A program made the position numbers and the translations under genes. The notes below the pieces were generated by a model that saw only the letters and a list, made by a program, of their open reading frames with translations, was not told where the DNA came from and did no database searches. 64,000 bases of DNA from a virus (lineage: Duplodnaviria > Caudoviricetes), in IMG/VR virus record IMGVR_UViG_3300020465_000014, positions 1,450-65,449 of that record; one strand, given 5' to 3'. Position 1 is the first letter of the stretch. Every line of letters starts with the position of its first letter. This document shows, one piece after another, positions 29,675-39,713 of the stretch.

Positions 29675-30676
29675 TCACGCCCCTTCCCTTTCCTTTTTCC
29701 TTTTGGCAAGGGCGGCTTGACCTTCTGGACTGTTAATCATTTCATCAAAATCTGCCATAGTGCCTTTTTTCTGCTTCACCCCACTTTTGGCATCGTCTTT
29801 GCGGAATAAGCGGTGGACTTCTTCAGCATATACTGAGTTGGCTGGAGAAAAGAATGCGGGTTTATCATCAACCTCAATCACAAAGAGTCCTTTTGCTTTT
29901 TTGGCCTTCTCGAATGTCCTTCTTCCAGTAAGGATTTCAAACAATTCTTTGGTTTCCTCATATCTTTCTCCTTCTTTTGTCCATTCCGCCTCTCTATTTC
30001 CTCCAGCATGAACTACCCAGGTTTTGAAAGCCGCTTCTCCTTCTTCTAACGTCATTGTTTTGATTAGTGAATCTGATTCTTTAGGATCTAATACTCCAAA
30101 TCCTGTGACTTTGGATTTGGGATTTATTTTCACTTGGGGGAAAACATATCCCATTCCGTTCTTCTCAAAGTATTTCTCTTTGTCTTGCATCATTCTTGAA
30201 AGCCCGATTTGCATTTTTGCTATCGTGGTTTTTGTCTTATCGTTAGGAACGTCCTTTGGTTTTGGTTTTGGCAATCCCAAAATATCAGCAAATGAGAACT
30301 TTGTCTTGAGCCATTCTAAATCATCTGCTGGTTCATCGGGTTTCAAAGGAGGCAATGATGTTTTGATTTTGTTTAGATCGGTTGGGGATTCTATCTTTGG
30401 AATCATTGGAGGAGGAGGCATGGTCTCTTTTGGTTTCCTTCTTGGAGGCAATGGCCGCATTAGTTGTGGCTTTTGGGTGTAAAGTGCTGTCCAACCTGCA
30501 CCATTGACTACTCGAACATTAAATCCAGCATTCCTTAGCATCTTAGCTCTAAATGATGCTTCCTGGTTTCTCTGCTCATAAGTCATTACTCCTTCAGTAG
30601 CACCTTGAGTAAATGCTTCTGTTAAACCATAAGTCAGACCATTAAATCTCCTGGTCGCACCTGGCCCTCTCCCCAT
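29675..30676 (-). CDS. Tagged protein with Pro-rich linker
   Basis: RRFNGLTY...ASFRAKMLRNAGFNVRVVNGAGWTALY. Confidence 0.85.
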   Translation of the reverse strand: MGRGPGATRRFNGLTYGLTEAFTQGATEGVMTYEQRNQEASFRAKMLRNAGFNVRVVNGAGWTALYTQKPQLMRPLPPRRKPKETMPPPPMIPKIESPTDLNKIKTSLPPLKPDEPADDLEWLKTKFSFADILGLPKPKPKDVPNDKTKTTIAKMQIGLSRMMQDKEKYFEKNGMGYVFPQVKINPKSKVTGFGVLDPKESDSLIKTMTLEEGEAAFKTWVVHAGGNREAEWTKEGERYEETKELFEILTGRRTFEKAKKAKGLFVIEVDDKPAFFSPANSVYAEEVHRLFRKDDAKSGVKQKKGTMADFDEMINSPEGQAALAKRKKEREGA

Positions 30677-30677
30677 T

Positions 30678-30995
30678 TCATTTCCTCCTCTTAATCATCA
30701 TCCATTCTCTCGGAGATTCGCCAACCCAAACTCCAGGCTCGATTACTGTTTGAACGTCATAATCAGCCTTTGCTAATTTCGTTTCAAACTTTCGCCATTC
30801 TGAATCGGTCATGTGGTTAGCGGGTTTGCTAACGGCTTTACGATAACCAGAATTAGTCAACTTACGAATCCGTTTGTTTGCAGATCGCCTGGCAGATTCT
30901 TCACTACGGTTTCTCTTCTTCCCTCTACGTGGAGGAAGACCTGTGAACCTTCTTGTAGGTTTATTCTTGGATTTATTCTTGCGAAAACGGAACAT
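30678..30995 (-). CDS. Small highly basic protein (candidate nucleoprotein; possible degenerate tag)
   Basis: R/K-rich; RRFTG...; GGAGG SD. Confidence 0.7.
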   Translation of the reverse strand: MFRFRKNKSKNKPTRRFTGLPPRRGKKRNRSEESARRSANKRIRKLTNSGYRKAVSKPANHMTDSEWRKFETKLAKADYDVQTVIEPGVWVGESPREWMMIKRRK

Positions 30996-31015
30996 TATTC
31001 ATCATCTCCGCCTCC

Positions 31016-34000
31016 TCAATCATCAAGAATGCCTGTTGGGTCGTCAACCACATTCAATGCAACAAGTGTTGAAAAGAAGAAGGCTAAACCTGCAACAACT
31101 GTGATAGCCCATGCCGCACCAGGTAGTGCTGGAATTAGGCTATCAGACAATTCTCCAATGATTTCTAATCCGCCATCTAAAGTTCCGTCCAAAGCATGAA
31201 CGAGACCCCAAAGGAAAATTATTCCCAATGCTAATGATAGTAAGGCTGGATTTGTTTCTCCGTCAAGATTGTATGCGTATAAGAAGATCGCACCAGCAAT
31301 TGCGAGATGTGCTATTGTCCCGATTGCTTCTGCAGTTCCTACCTCGACATCAACTTCCTGAGTAAAGAATGCAAGTGCAACTCCCAATCCTAAGATTGCT
31401 GTTGCTACTGCGGATTTCTTCATATCTATGAACCAGAAGATAGCCGCACCCGCAAGAATCAAAATCAAGATTCCGAGAGCAAGTAGGCTTCCTGTAAGAG
31501 CCTCCCAAAAGTCGCTAAGACCTTCAGACAATGCGCTGTCTCCACCGCCGCCAGTTGTGCAAACTCCTTCAGGTGTTGCTGGAACTGGTAGCTCTCCATT
31601 CGAACAAAGTTCAACTGCAGTAATTTCGACAACTTGGCTTGCTTGTGCTGTTACCTGTTCTCCAGTTGCAGTCACTTGCGATACTGAACCCTGGCATACG
31701 ATTGCGTAATACCCTTCACCCAAATGCAAATCTTTCCTTACATCATCTCGAACTCCGAGTCCAGCGCCGTAATTCGTTGAGGATTGCGGTTTATCGCTCG
31801 ATGAAGGGTTGGATTCTGTATTCCATCCAGAATGCAAAGTAGCACCGTTAAGGTCGAAATTAACAGGGCCATAATCAACCCACATTCCGAGATATGGTGC
31901 GAGGGAATGTTCGACCTGCAAATTAGGATCGTCTGTTGGGACGAATACTTGCACGTTAATTCGAACATAGACGTTCTGATGATTATTCATTAGTCCCTGG
32001 CAGTTAACTGAAGGTGTTGCATAATCATCATGGAGAATCAAATATTGGTTTCGAGCCTCGTTTACACTTGAAGAGTTCATAGCGCCTGTAATCGAAGACC
32101 ATTGTTGCTTCGAAGCATTGTGAACCTTGTTTGGGTTTCCACTTGCCCTGCCTGATTCATTCTCTGCAGTCACCATAGGCGAGCCAGTTACTACATTTCT
32201 CTCGCCTTCGCTGTTCTCTTGATAGAATACTAAATCAACTGAGCCAGGGAATGTCTTGTCGAAAATTACGTCAAGTCCGTCATTCGGGCAATCATCCCAG
32301 GGGTCTTCGTCAATCAAACCGTCATTATCATCGTCTTTGTCGTTTCGAGGGTCTTCGTCAATCCTACCGTCTCCATCGTTGTCTTCGTAAAGATGCGTTC
32401 CATCATCAGGAGTTTCAGGGTTTTGGCAGTTCTCTTCTTTTGGATAGCCTGGGAAATCATCATCTCCGCTTTCGCTATCTCCATCATTGTCTGCATCGTC
32501 TCCTTCGCCATCGTTGTCGTCAGGATTTCCTCCTTGTGTTGGAGGGCAACCTGAGTCATACGGCCACCAGATAGTAGGGCAATCATCGAAGTCGTCAAAG
32601 ATTCCGTCCCTATCCTGGTCGTTGTGAGTTGGCGGTTGTGGTTGAGGCGGAGGCGTTGGTGGATCGTTAGTCATAAACTTGAACTTCACGTTCTCGTCAA
32701 CCGACCATGCGGTGTCCATTACGAAAGCACATACCATTCCACCGTCAGGGTTTGGAATTGCGGCATTTACTGATGTTGCATCTGGAATAGAATTAACGCA
32801 TGGCACGTTAGGGGTAAAGTAGGTGTTGAAATGTGCAGTTGGCTGTCCAGTAACGTCACCTTCTGTATTGGCGTTTTGGTGTTCATCATGGGCTTGCCAT
32901 GCACAAGTGTTGGCATCTCTGCCAACTCCATTTGAGTTTCCAATTTCTTCAAGGAACTCATGGTCTGTATTGTAGCCCTGGTCGTCATCGATGTGGTTAT
33001 CGTCATTTTCTGCGCTACCATCTCCCTCGTTTGTTTCTGGACTTACCCAACAAAACTCCTTTTGTGGAACTCCGCCAAATCCAACAGGGTCAAGCATAAG
33101 AACGAACTCAACGTCTTTCGAATCTGTTTGGTCTGCAAACCCTGCAGATACAACTTCAGTCAAGGACATATCATCCAATTGATTTAGAACTGAACCTGAT
33201 AGATCGATAGTCAAAATTGCTTCTCCGTCATTATCCATGTTGTCGTTAATGCACCAATCAGAGAATTGAGTTCCGAGACGTTGTGAAGTCATAAAGTAAG
33301 GTGAACTTTGGTCGAGACCTTCAATATCCCAATAGTCGTTAATTTGATTGAAAGTAGTTCCATCTAATTCATCTGGTCTGTCCTCGAATCCAGCAGAGTT
33401 TCGAAGCCCTGGGTCGAATGTGTCCCAATCTGTCTGTCCAACGTGCGGGTTGATTGCCAACAGCATTTCCGAATCTGTTTGAAGTGGGCCAACTTGCGAC
33501 CAATATTCAAGCTCTTTCGAAGAAGGATTCGCTGGTGGCTCATAGAAGTAAGCATTCATAGATGGGTTATATCCTGAAACCGAGTATTGAGTTCCCATTT
33601 CGTAATAATCTCCCAGGTATGAATTAACCAAATAACCATCACCATTACCTGCGGCATTGATAGTATCTGTGTAATCATGGGTTCTGGATTCTGAGGCTTC
33701 ATGCCAATCTTCTGCACGATCATTGGCTTCATCGTTGATTGCATTCCAATGCGCCATAGGAACGATATAAACGTCAAGATAGCCGTTAAAGCAAGTATCA
33801 TACCAACCTCGAATGCTTCCAGCATTAGCCCAACCCTGGCCTCCAGCGCCCGAATATGGCATTGCTTGCATTTGAATGTCGATTGTATGGGTGTCCCAAC
33901 CGCCTGTATGTTGTTGAGACATGAAAGTTTGCATATCTAATCCGACTGTAATTACTGCGCCATCAAAGCCAGGAGTTGAGTCGATTAGAGGCATTGCCGC

Positions 34001-35590
34001 TTTTACATCATTGTATGCTTGAGCATTCCAATGGTCTGAAGCGCCAGTCACCGATGATACCTTGCACCCTGCGTTGTATGCTTGAGTCCAAAAGAAGAAT
34101 CCCAAATCTGAATCATCACACCAACCGTCACCGATTACGTATTCCATCCAATCATCGTCTTGATTGTAGCCTGACGTTCCGCCAAACTCGTTCTTTGATG
34201 CTTCGTTTGAATATCTGCATGGGTAGTCATAGACGTAGCAACCGTCACGATCTACTCCAAAATCCCAATCGCCATCAGTCATTCCGTCATGGTTCTGGTT
34301 AGAACCGTAGTAGTGCATAGGGTCGAAAGTAATGTGGTTAACGTCACCTGGCAAAGTATAGTCGGTATCGACTCTTGATTCGATAATCAATTTGCCATTT
34401 GCGTCAAGTGAAAGGCGGTTTGTTGTTGGAACGAATCGGTTGAAATCTTCGATTTCGTCTGGATAAAGTGTTTTATCACAAGCAGTCAATACTCCAGTTT
34501 CCACGTTGTAAGCCGAGCCTGTGTCTTCACAAGATTTGTTGGCTACTGTGTATGTGCCTCCATCTGCATAAATTAGAGGCAAATGAGTCACCATAGGAGT
34601 AGCAGATGTTGAAGTATTGTCTGTGATTTTCAAGATGATTCCAACTCCTACTGTGTTTTCTAAAGTTGCACCTTCTGCATCTTCTCCTTTTGTATCAGTA
34701 GTTCTTGCGGAATAGTAATCGAAAGTTCGAGTTTCTCCTTTGCTTAGCTCTGTCCAGCAATCTTCACCTTCACAAGTTCCATCTCTATACTCGATGATTG
34801 AGTCGGTGTGAGGAACTCCTTGAGAGTTCGTTGATGAAAGTTGGTATCTGAATACCTGGTCGACTGCATCTGTTTGAATAGCCCAACCTGCATTATCAAG
34901 ATTCATCAATCCATTTTGAATCAAAAGGCGATTAGTTTGTGGCCCACCGTTGCAGTCGTTGTCTGGACAAAGGGCAGTCCCCATAGCCCAACCTGACTGA
35001 AAGTGGTCGTTGTTACCTGCTGAACCTGCAATAACGAATGGTTGTGCTTGCACATTTCCTCCTTCTTGAATCATAAAATTGCCATACATTCCCATCAGAG
35101 TCAATTGCTGATGTGAACCCTGGTAATCATACGAGCCAGGATTAAATCGGTATGCGTTGTAAGAGAAGTTAATTTGTGGGTTTGATTGTTGACCCATTGC
35201 TATATCAATGTCGATAATTCGCTTTCCATCTTTGGTAGGATCGCTACTGAAAGAGTTTGAAGCGAATGAGTTGTCTGCAACAACTGGCACTCCTGTTGAG
35301 TTCTGGAACGAGTATCGCCCTTGAGACCAGGAGTAATCGATTGAACCGTCTGCGTTGACTCCACCTGCAGTAAGCGCAGAGATTCCTCGCTTATCATATC
35401 CAGTTCTTGTGTAATTGGCATTCGAATATTCATCGTCTTGTCCGTTATCACTATCGAAACTGAAATCGCCCGATGATGGATTTGTCCAGGACATAGCCGC
35501 TACTGTAGTTGAAGTAACGAATAGTAGGATAATGGCTATTGCAGTTTTCGAATAATTTGCTGTGGCACTATTTGCAGAGGGTAGGCTCAT
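31016..35590 (-). CDS. Large surface/spike-like protein: signal peptide, Cys-rich ectodomain, TSP3-like D-rich repeats, ~5-TM C-terminal anchor
   Basis: N-terminal hydrophobic segment; DQDRDG/DNDGDG/DNDG repeats (~32280-32625); several NxS/T sequons; paralog of 36598-39648. Confidence 0.85.
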   Translation of the reverse strand: MSLPSANSATANYSKTAIAIILLFVTSTTVAAMSWTNPSSGDFSFDSDNGQDDEYSNANYTRTGYDKRGISALTAGGVNADGSIDYSWSQGRYSFQNSTGVPVVADNSFASNSFSSDPTKDGKRIIDIDIAMGQQSNPQINFSYNAYRFNPGSYDYQGSHQQLTLMGMYGNFMIQEGGNVQAQPFVIAGSAGNNDHFQSGWAMGTALCPDNDCNGGPQTNRLLIQNGLMNLDNAGWAIQTDAVDQVFRYQLSSTNSQGVPHTDSIIEYRDGTCEGEDCWTELSKGETRTFDYYSARTTDTKGEDAEGATLENTVGVGIILKITDNTSTSATPMVTHLPLIYADGGTYTVANKSCEDTGSAYNVETGVLTACDKTLYPDEIEDFNRFVPTTNRLSLDANGKLIIESRVDTDYTLPGDVNHITFDPMHYYGSNQNHDGMTDGDWDFGVDRDGCYVYDYPCRYSNEASKNEFGGTSGYNQDDDWMEYVIGDGWCDDSDLGFFFWTQAYNAGCKVSSVTGASDHWNAQAYNDVKAAMPLIDSTPGFDGAVITVGLDMQTFMSQQHTGGWDTHTIDIQMQAMPYSGAGGQGWANAGSIRGWYDTCFNGYLDVYIVPMAHWNAINDEANDRAEDWHEASESRTHDYTDTINAAGNGDGYLVNSYLGDYYEMGTQYSVSGYNPSMNAYFYEPPANPSSKELEYWSQVGPLQTDSEMLLAINPHVGQTDWDTFDPGLRNSAGFEDRPDELDGTTFNQINDYWDIEGLDQSSPYFMTSQRLGTQFSDWCINDNMDNDGEAILTIDLSGSVLNQLDDMSLTEVVSAGFADQTDSKDVEFVLMLDPVGFGGVPQKEFCWVSPETNEGDGSAENDDNHIDDDQGYNTDHEFLEEIGNSNGVGRDANTCAWQAHDEHQNANTEGDVTGQPTAHFNTYFTPNVPCVNSIPDATSVNAAIPNPDGGMVCAFVMDTAWSVDENVKFKFMTNDPPTPPPQPQPPTHNDQDRDGIFDDFDDCPTIWWPYDSGCPPTQGGNPDDNDGEGDDADNDGDSESGDDDFPGYPKEENCQNPETPDDGTHLYEDNDGDGRIDEDPRNDKDDDNDGLIDEDPWDDCPNDGLDVIFDKTFPGSVDLVFYQENSEGERNVVTGSPMVTAENESGRASGNPNKVHNASKQQWSSITGAMNSSSVNEARNQYLILHDDYATPSVNCQGLMNNHQNVYVRINVQVFVPTDDPNLQVEHSLAPYLGMWVDYGPVNFDLNGATLHSGWNTESNPSSSDKPQSSTNYGAGLGVRDDVRKDLHLGEGYYAIVCQGSVSQVTATGEQVTAQASQVVEITAVELCSNGELPVPATPEGVCTTGGGGDSALSEGLSDFWEALTGSLLALGILILILAGAAIFWFIDMKKSAVATAILGLGVALAFFTQEVDVEVGTAEAIGTIAHLAIAGAIFLYAYNLDGETNPALLSLALGIIFLWGLVHALDGTLDGGLEIIGELSDSLIPALPGAAWAITVVAGLAFFFSTLVALNVVDDPTGILDD

Positions 35591-35642
35591 GCGCCGTCAA
35601 CCTTCTTCAATTGCTTATCAATACAACCCTTGATTTTAGACA

Positions 35643-35654
35643 AGATGCACACTT
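35643..35654 (-). promoter_or_regulatory. Upstream box AGATGCACACTT (exact), 53 bp before ATG 35590
   Basis: Exact 12-mer; TTGATAAG TATA-like element at 35614-35621. Confidence 0.75.
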
Positions 35655-35674
35655 TGTAATTGCATATTTCTGCT

Positions 35675-36025
35675 TCAAGCATAGTAATACAATAGCAAAT
35701 ATACGGATGAACCAACGATGATGTCTGATAACAAATTCCCGTAAGAATCTCCTGTGTATTCTGATTGGCTTGAAAGCAACCAACCAACAATCGGAATAGA
35801 TCCTATCAATTTGTTATTTCCTAACCAATTGAATACTGCATATCCAATTCCAGAGTTCTCAACTATCTCGAAACCAACAATCAATGCGAGAGCTACATTT
35901 GGTTCTATGCCAAGCCACCAAAGTAACGTAGCAGAACCAATGTGAATTAACGTCCATACATCGAACAATGCCTGGTCGACTAATCCTGAACCCCTACGTC
36001 CTATGACTGGCCCAAAGCCCGTCAT
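35675..36025 (-). CDS. DUF2585-like small membrane protein
   Basis: D-x-W-T-x-x-H, FEIVEN and Y-x-GDS-x-x-N-x-x-SD motifs. Confidence 0.6.
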   Translation of the reverse strand: MTGFGPVIGRRGSGLVDQALFDVWTLIHIGSATLLWWLGIEPNVALALIVGFEIVENSGIGYAVFNWLGNNKLIGSIPIVGWLLSSQSEYTGDSYGNLLSDIIVGSSVYLLLYYYA

Positions 36026-36034
36026 TTAATCATC

Positions 36035-36601
36035 TCATTGAGTAGTGGATCGCACGTCACCTACGAGAGCCTTCAATGCGCCTCCAGCGAGACCCAATAG
36101 AACAGCCGCCCAAATGGTAGCAATGTAAGCATCCATTGGGAATAGTGGCATAGTCAAGAATAGGAACTCGCCCTCGAAACTTGTGTTGTAAAGTGTAGTG
36201 ACCGAGATTGTAAGTGCCGATGCAAACAATAGTCCGAATGCAAGCACTCCAAACAATGCTTTGCCCCAATCAGGAACAGGCCCGTCTTCAGAGAATTGAG
36301 ATGCCGCCAATAGAGCTACTGTTAATGTGACTCCAGCAACAACTCCAATGATGTTCATAACTTCTGTCGAAAGGTCTTCCCATAGGTAGCCATCTTCGAT
36401 GTTAACTGCCATCCAAGCAAAAGAGATTCCAATTCCTGTAAAGATCGCAAATGTTCCAAAGGCATTCCAACTCCAGATGTTTAGACCAAGTGGGCCTCCT
36501 CTGTTGCCTCGACCCAGGACGAAAACTCCCAGGACGAATAGCGCAAAGGATGCGCCAAGCAGAATCCAATCTGACTGAACGAATCCGTCAGCATCCATCA
36601 C
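36035..36601 (-). CDS. Stand-alone 5-TM protein homologous to the C-terminal anchors of the two surface proteins
   Basis: Shared SW...GxG...AWxA...DLS...IG...MxxFP pattern with the 36598-39648 C-terminus. Confidence 0.8.
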   Translation of the reverse strand: MMDADGFVQSDWILLGASFALFVLGVFVLGRGNRGGPLGLNIWSWNAFGTFAIFTGIGISFAWMAVNIEDGYLWEDLSTEVMNIIGVVAGVTLTVALLAASQFSEDGPVPDWGKALFGVLAFGLLFASALTISVTTLYNTSFEGEFLFLTMPLFPMDAYIATIWAAVLLGLAGGALKALVGDVRSTTQ

Positions 36602-39600
36602 TCATCACCTCCTGATGTGAAGATTCCAACCGCCGAACTAATCAGCAAAGCCACACCTACTGCAGAAGCAAATGTTTGAATCACAATGTATGCGGGGAAC
36701 TCCCACATAACGTCCATGAATACATCATCGTCTGCACCAAACACTTCAACAAGTGTTTCAGGCAGAGCAAGGAGAATTAGCACAAGTCCGCTAAGAGCAT
36801 ATCGAATTGCCCTGTCGCCCATGTTGCTTCCTGAGTTAGCCCAAATCCAAAGTCCCGCAGTCATAACCAGGAGACCAGCAGTTCCGATTCCTTGCGCCCA
36901 ATCGTCTGAAAGGTCGCCAGTTCCAAGAGAGCCGTATTGTGCGGCTACCCATGCGTGAAGCATACCTACGCCAAAGAGAATCATGCCGACTCGCATATCC
37001 ATCCAGGAGTTAATCGGTGAACCCATCGACCACATATAGATCGCCAGGATAATTAGGAGTAGTGCAATACCAATGATTAGCAAATCTCCCCATGAAAGGT
37101 CTTCGAAGATTCCGTCATCATCATCTGTTGAAGTGTCTGAACCTCCTCCTGTTTCGTATTGTGCGTCTGCAGAAGCGTCAAAGTCAAACTCGTAAACAAC
37201 TGTTGTAGTAGTCACGTTCTCTTGTGAGATTCCCACGTCAAAGGATTCGTAAGTGAAAGTGCATTTTGCTCGGTATGAGTCGCCATTGACGAAAACTCCT
37301 GTGTAAGATACAGCGTTGTTGTCTCCTGTGTTTGTAACTGAGTTGTCGACTGGATTCAATCCTTGATCTCCGCCCCAATTACCAGTAGTAGTTCCTGAAC
37401 CCCACTTGCTGTCGTTGTTAACGTCTGTTCCGTATGGCATCCAACCGTTGTAGCTACCTGAAGCACCAGTTTGTGCTACGATTCCGCTACCGTTGACTCC
37501 GCCTCCCAAACGGTCATCGAAGTTTGTCTTCGAGAAGATTTCAATTTTAGCGGACTTCATTCCACCGTTGATTGCGGCAAGACCGCATTCGATTGTGGAG
37601 AATGGGTCGTTAGCACCTGCAACATACATTACAGGGATTCTTGCTGTTTGCTCGCCCTGGACACCCATGTATGGTGCGCCAAATTGAGAACCATTTACCC
37701 CTGCGATTGGGTTGCTTGTTGGGTTAGTTCCATAATAGAACATAGAGTAAGCAGATGCAAATGCAGGGTTTGTTTGGTTTGTGGAGTTTGTGCTACGAGT
37801 TACCATTGAAGAAGATGCGAGAGGATCTCTTGCATTATCGTGAGACAATCGGATGCTGACTGCACCTTCGCTTGACTCGCCTGTGTTTACTCCGAAGCCC
37901 TTGTTTACAGCACCAGAGTTCCAATCGCTTGATTCGGTGAAGGCAACAATCATAGTAAACTCAAACATTTGGTTTTCCACGTTGTAATATCCAGCATTGT
38001 AAGAGTCGAGCAAACTAACCCTGGTTAGATCTTCCAAGATGTTTCCTGTGGTTAGTTCGATTTCGCTTGACTTGACTCCGTTTTGACCCATACAGTAGTC
38101 AGCGTTTGCAGAGCCGAGTTGTGTAGAGCCAGCAAGGTATGCGTTTGCTGGAGTAGTGACTGTGTATTTGTCGCCCTTCAAAGCATAGGTAATCAGGCTA
38201 TTCTTTGTCTGATAGTTTCCTACTGCAGAGTTTGGCATAATGTATGTCTTGACTTCACCGTTGAAACAGTATTCCATTCCGTTTCCATGAGAGAAAATAA
38301 GGGTTGATAGATCGTAGCCTCCCCAATTCGACTGAGAATAAATTGCGTCAATTGGAATCTTTACGTCCAAAATCATTCCGTCAACTCCATCTGATGTTTT
38401 ACCATCGAAGGCAAGGGTTGAACGGCACTTTGCTAAGAACCAACCTGAGTCACACCAGGAAGAACCGCCATCGTTGATTTGTCCAATCTTGATTCCTGGT
38501 TCTGAATCATCTCCGAATGTAATCGAAGGGTCGTAAATGATACAAGGTGAAGCATCAGTAGTGTGGCATGAAGCCTGGTCTTCGGATTTCAAACCGAATG
38601 TGATTGAGATAACAACTCCGTCTCCAGAGGCAGGTGAAGTTGCGAGCATACGAATGCTTGTGTTGTAAACTTCACTTGTGTTGGAGTAGTTGTATGCTTG
38701 AGGAAGCGTCATGCTAATTGTATGCTGTTTACAATTTGCATCCTTACAAGTAGCTGTAACGATTTGGTTTGCATCAACCAAATAACCGTCTCCGATTGTC
38801 TTCGAGATACCATCAACTGCAATAGTTACATTGTGAGGAATGTATAGATCGTAGCCAAAGTATTCTGCTTGAGTTGATTGGTTGCTTGTGATAGCAAAAC
38901 CAACGGTGTTTGTCTTCATTGGAACAGACATTCCAGGCATCATCATCAGCATTTCTGTGCTTGCGGCGTTTTCGATTCCGCCGTCTCCGTTTAGAGAACA
39001 GCCAACTGCGTTTGCGAATTGTCCAGCAACAACAACGTCACAATTAGCAAGTTTTGCATTCTTTGCGTTGGTAGTTACTACACTACCTGAAGAACGAGCA
39101 TTGTCCGCATACCAGGTCTTAGGAGTAATGGTAACAGAAGTGTCTGCTTCCCATGTAGCCGAATCTGGTGTTGGTGCGTTGTCTTTGAATCCGATTACGA
39201 ATGTGCTTGCATCGTCAACAGCGTTGCCCAAATAATCTGTTCCGACATCTGCTTGCACGTCCATGTTTCCATCTTTTAATGCCGCACCATTTGCAGTATA
39301 TTCCCATCCTTCCTGGTCGCCATCAACTGCTGGTTCTGTTTGATAACCGCCGTTGAAGTCAGGTGTCGGTTGTCCAGAAATTAGGTCATAGAAATTAGCG
39401 CCATCATCAACATAACCGTTCTGTAAAAAGACGGATTCCTTTGAATTAGTCGATTGACTATCATACTGTTGGCTTACCGCTACAGTATCATGTTCAGGTT
39501 CAGATGGGTTGCGATCTATTCCATTCGTGGACGTAGCATCAGGCACACCTGCAACTGCTGGTGCGGCGAGTAATGATACAACCATAATCATAGTCAGCAA

Positions 39601-39648
39601 AAGTGCTGAATTTTTTGTCTTGCTATTTGCGAGGCTTGAGGGCTTCAT
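36598..39648 (-). CDS. Large surface/spike-like protein: signal peptide, Cys-rich ectodomain, 5-TM anchor
   Basis: Signal ending ...APAVA; many NxS/T sequons; CFNG block shared with 31016-35590. Confidence 0.85.
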   Translation of the reverse strand: MKPSSLANSKTKNSALLLTMIMVVSLLAAPAVAGVPDATSTNGIDRNPSEPEHDTVAVSQQYDSQSTNSKESVFLQNGYVDDGANFYDLISGQPTPDFNGGYQTEPAVDGDQEGWEYTANGAALKDGNMDVQADVGTDYLGNAVDDASTFVIGFKDNAPTPDSATWEADTSVTITPKTWYADNARSSGSVVTTNAKNAKLANCDVVVAGQFANAVGCSLNGDGGIENAASTEMLMMMPGMSVPMKTNTVGFAITSNQSTQAEYFGYDLYIPHNVTIAVDGISKTIGDGYLVDANQIVTATCKDANCKQHTISMTLPQAYNYSNTSEVYNTSIRMLATSPASGDGVVISITFGLKSEDQASCHTTDASPCIIYDPSITFGDDSEPGIKIGQINDGGSSWCDSGWFLAKCRSTLAFDGKTSDGVDGMILDVKIPIDAIYSQSNWGGYDLSTLIFSHGNGMEYCFNGEVKTYIMPNSAVGNYQTKNSLITYALKGDKYTVTTPANAYLAGSTQLGSANADYCMGQNGVKSSEIELTTGNILEDLTRVSLLDSYNAGYYNVENQMFEFTMIVAFTESSDWNSGAVNKGFGVNTGESSEGAVSIRLSHDNARDPLASSSMVTRSTNSTNQTNPAFASAYSMFYYGTNPTSNPIAGVNGSQFGAPYMGVQGEQTARIPVMYVAGANDPFSTIECGLAAINGGMKSAKIEIFSKTNFDDRLGGGVNGSGIVAQTGASGSYNGWMPYGTDVNNDSKWGSGTTTGNWGGDQGLNPVDNSVTNTGDNNAVSYTGVFVNGDSYRAKCTFTYESFDVGISQENVTTTTVVYEFDFDASADAQYETGGGSDTSTDDDDGIFEDLSWGDLLIIGIALLLIILAIYMWSMGSPINSWMDMRVGMILFGVGMLHAWVAAQYGSLGTGDLSDDWAQGIGTAGLLVMTAGLWIWANSGSNMGDRAIRYALSGLVLILLALPETLVEVFGADDDVFMDVMWEFPAYIVIQTFASAVGVALLISSAVGIFTSGGDE

Positions 39649-39672
39649 ATTACAAGTTGGATTTGCACACCG

Positions 39673-39713
39673 TATATGAACGGAACGGGTGTTTTAACCT
39701 AAGATGCACACTT
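39673..39713 (-). promoter_or_regulatory. Promoter: TTCATATA TATA-like box plus exact upstream box at 39702-39713 (54 bp before ATG 39648)
   Basis: Divergent intergenic region; exact 12-mer. Confidence 0.75.

Noticed and set aside
35587-35790. 67-aa minus-strand ORF between the DUF2585-like gene and the large surface protein
   Set aside because: Overlaps a better-supported gene and spans the promoter box and TATA element
700-39300. Numerous plus-strand ORFs in the left 39 kb (for example 1980-2654 and 10512-11225)
   Set aside because: Antisense shadows of long, tightly coupled minus-strand genes; Ser/Phe-rich with no recognisable motifs
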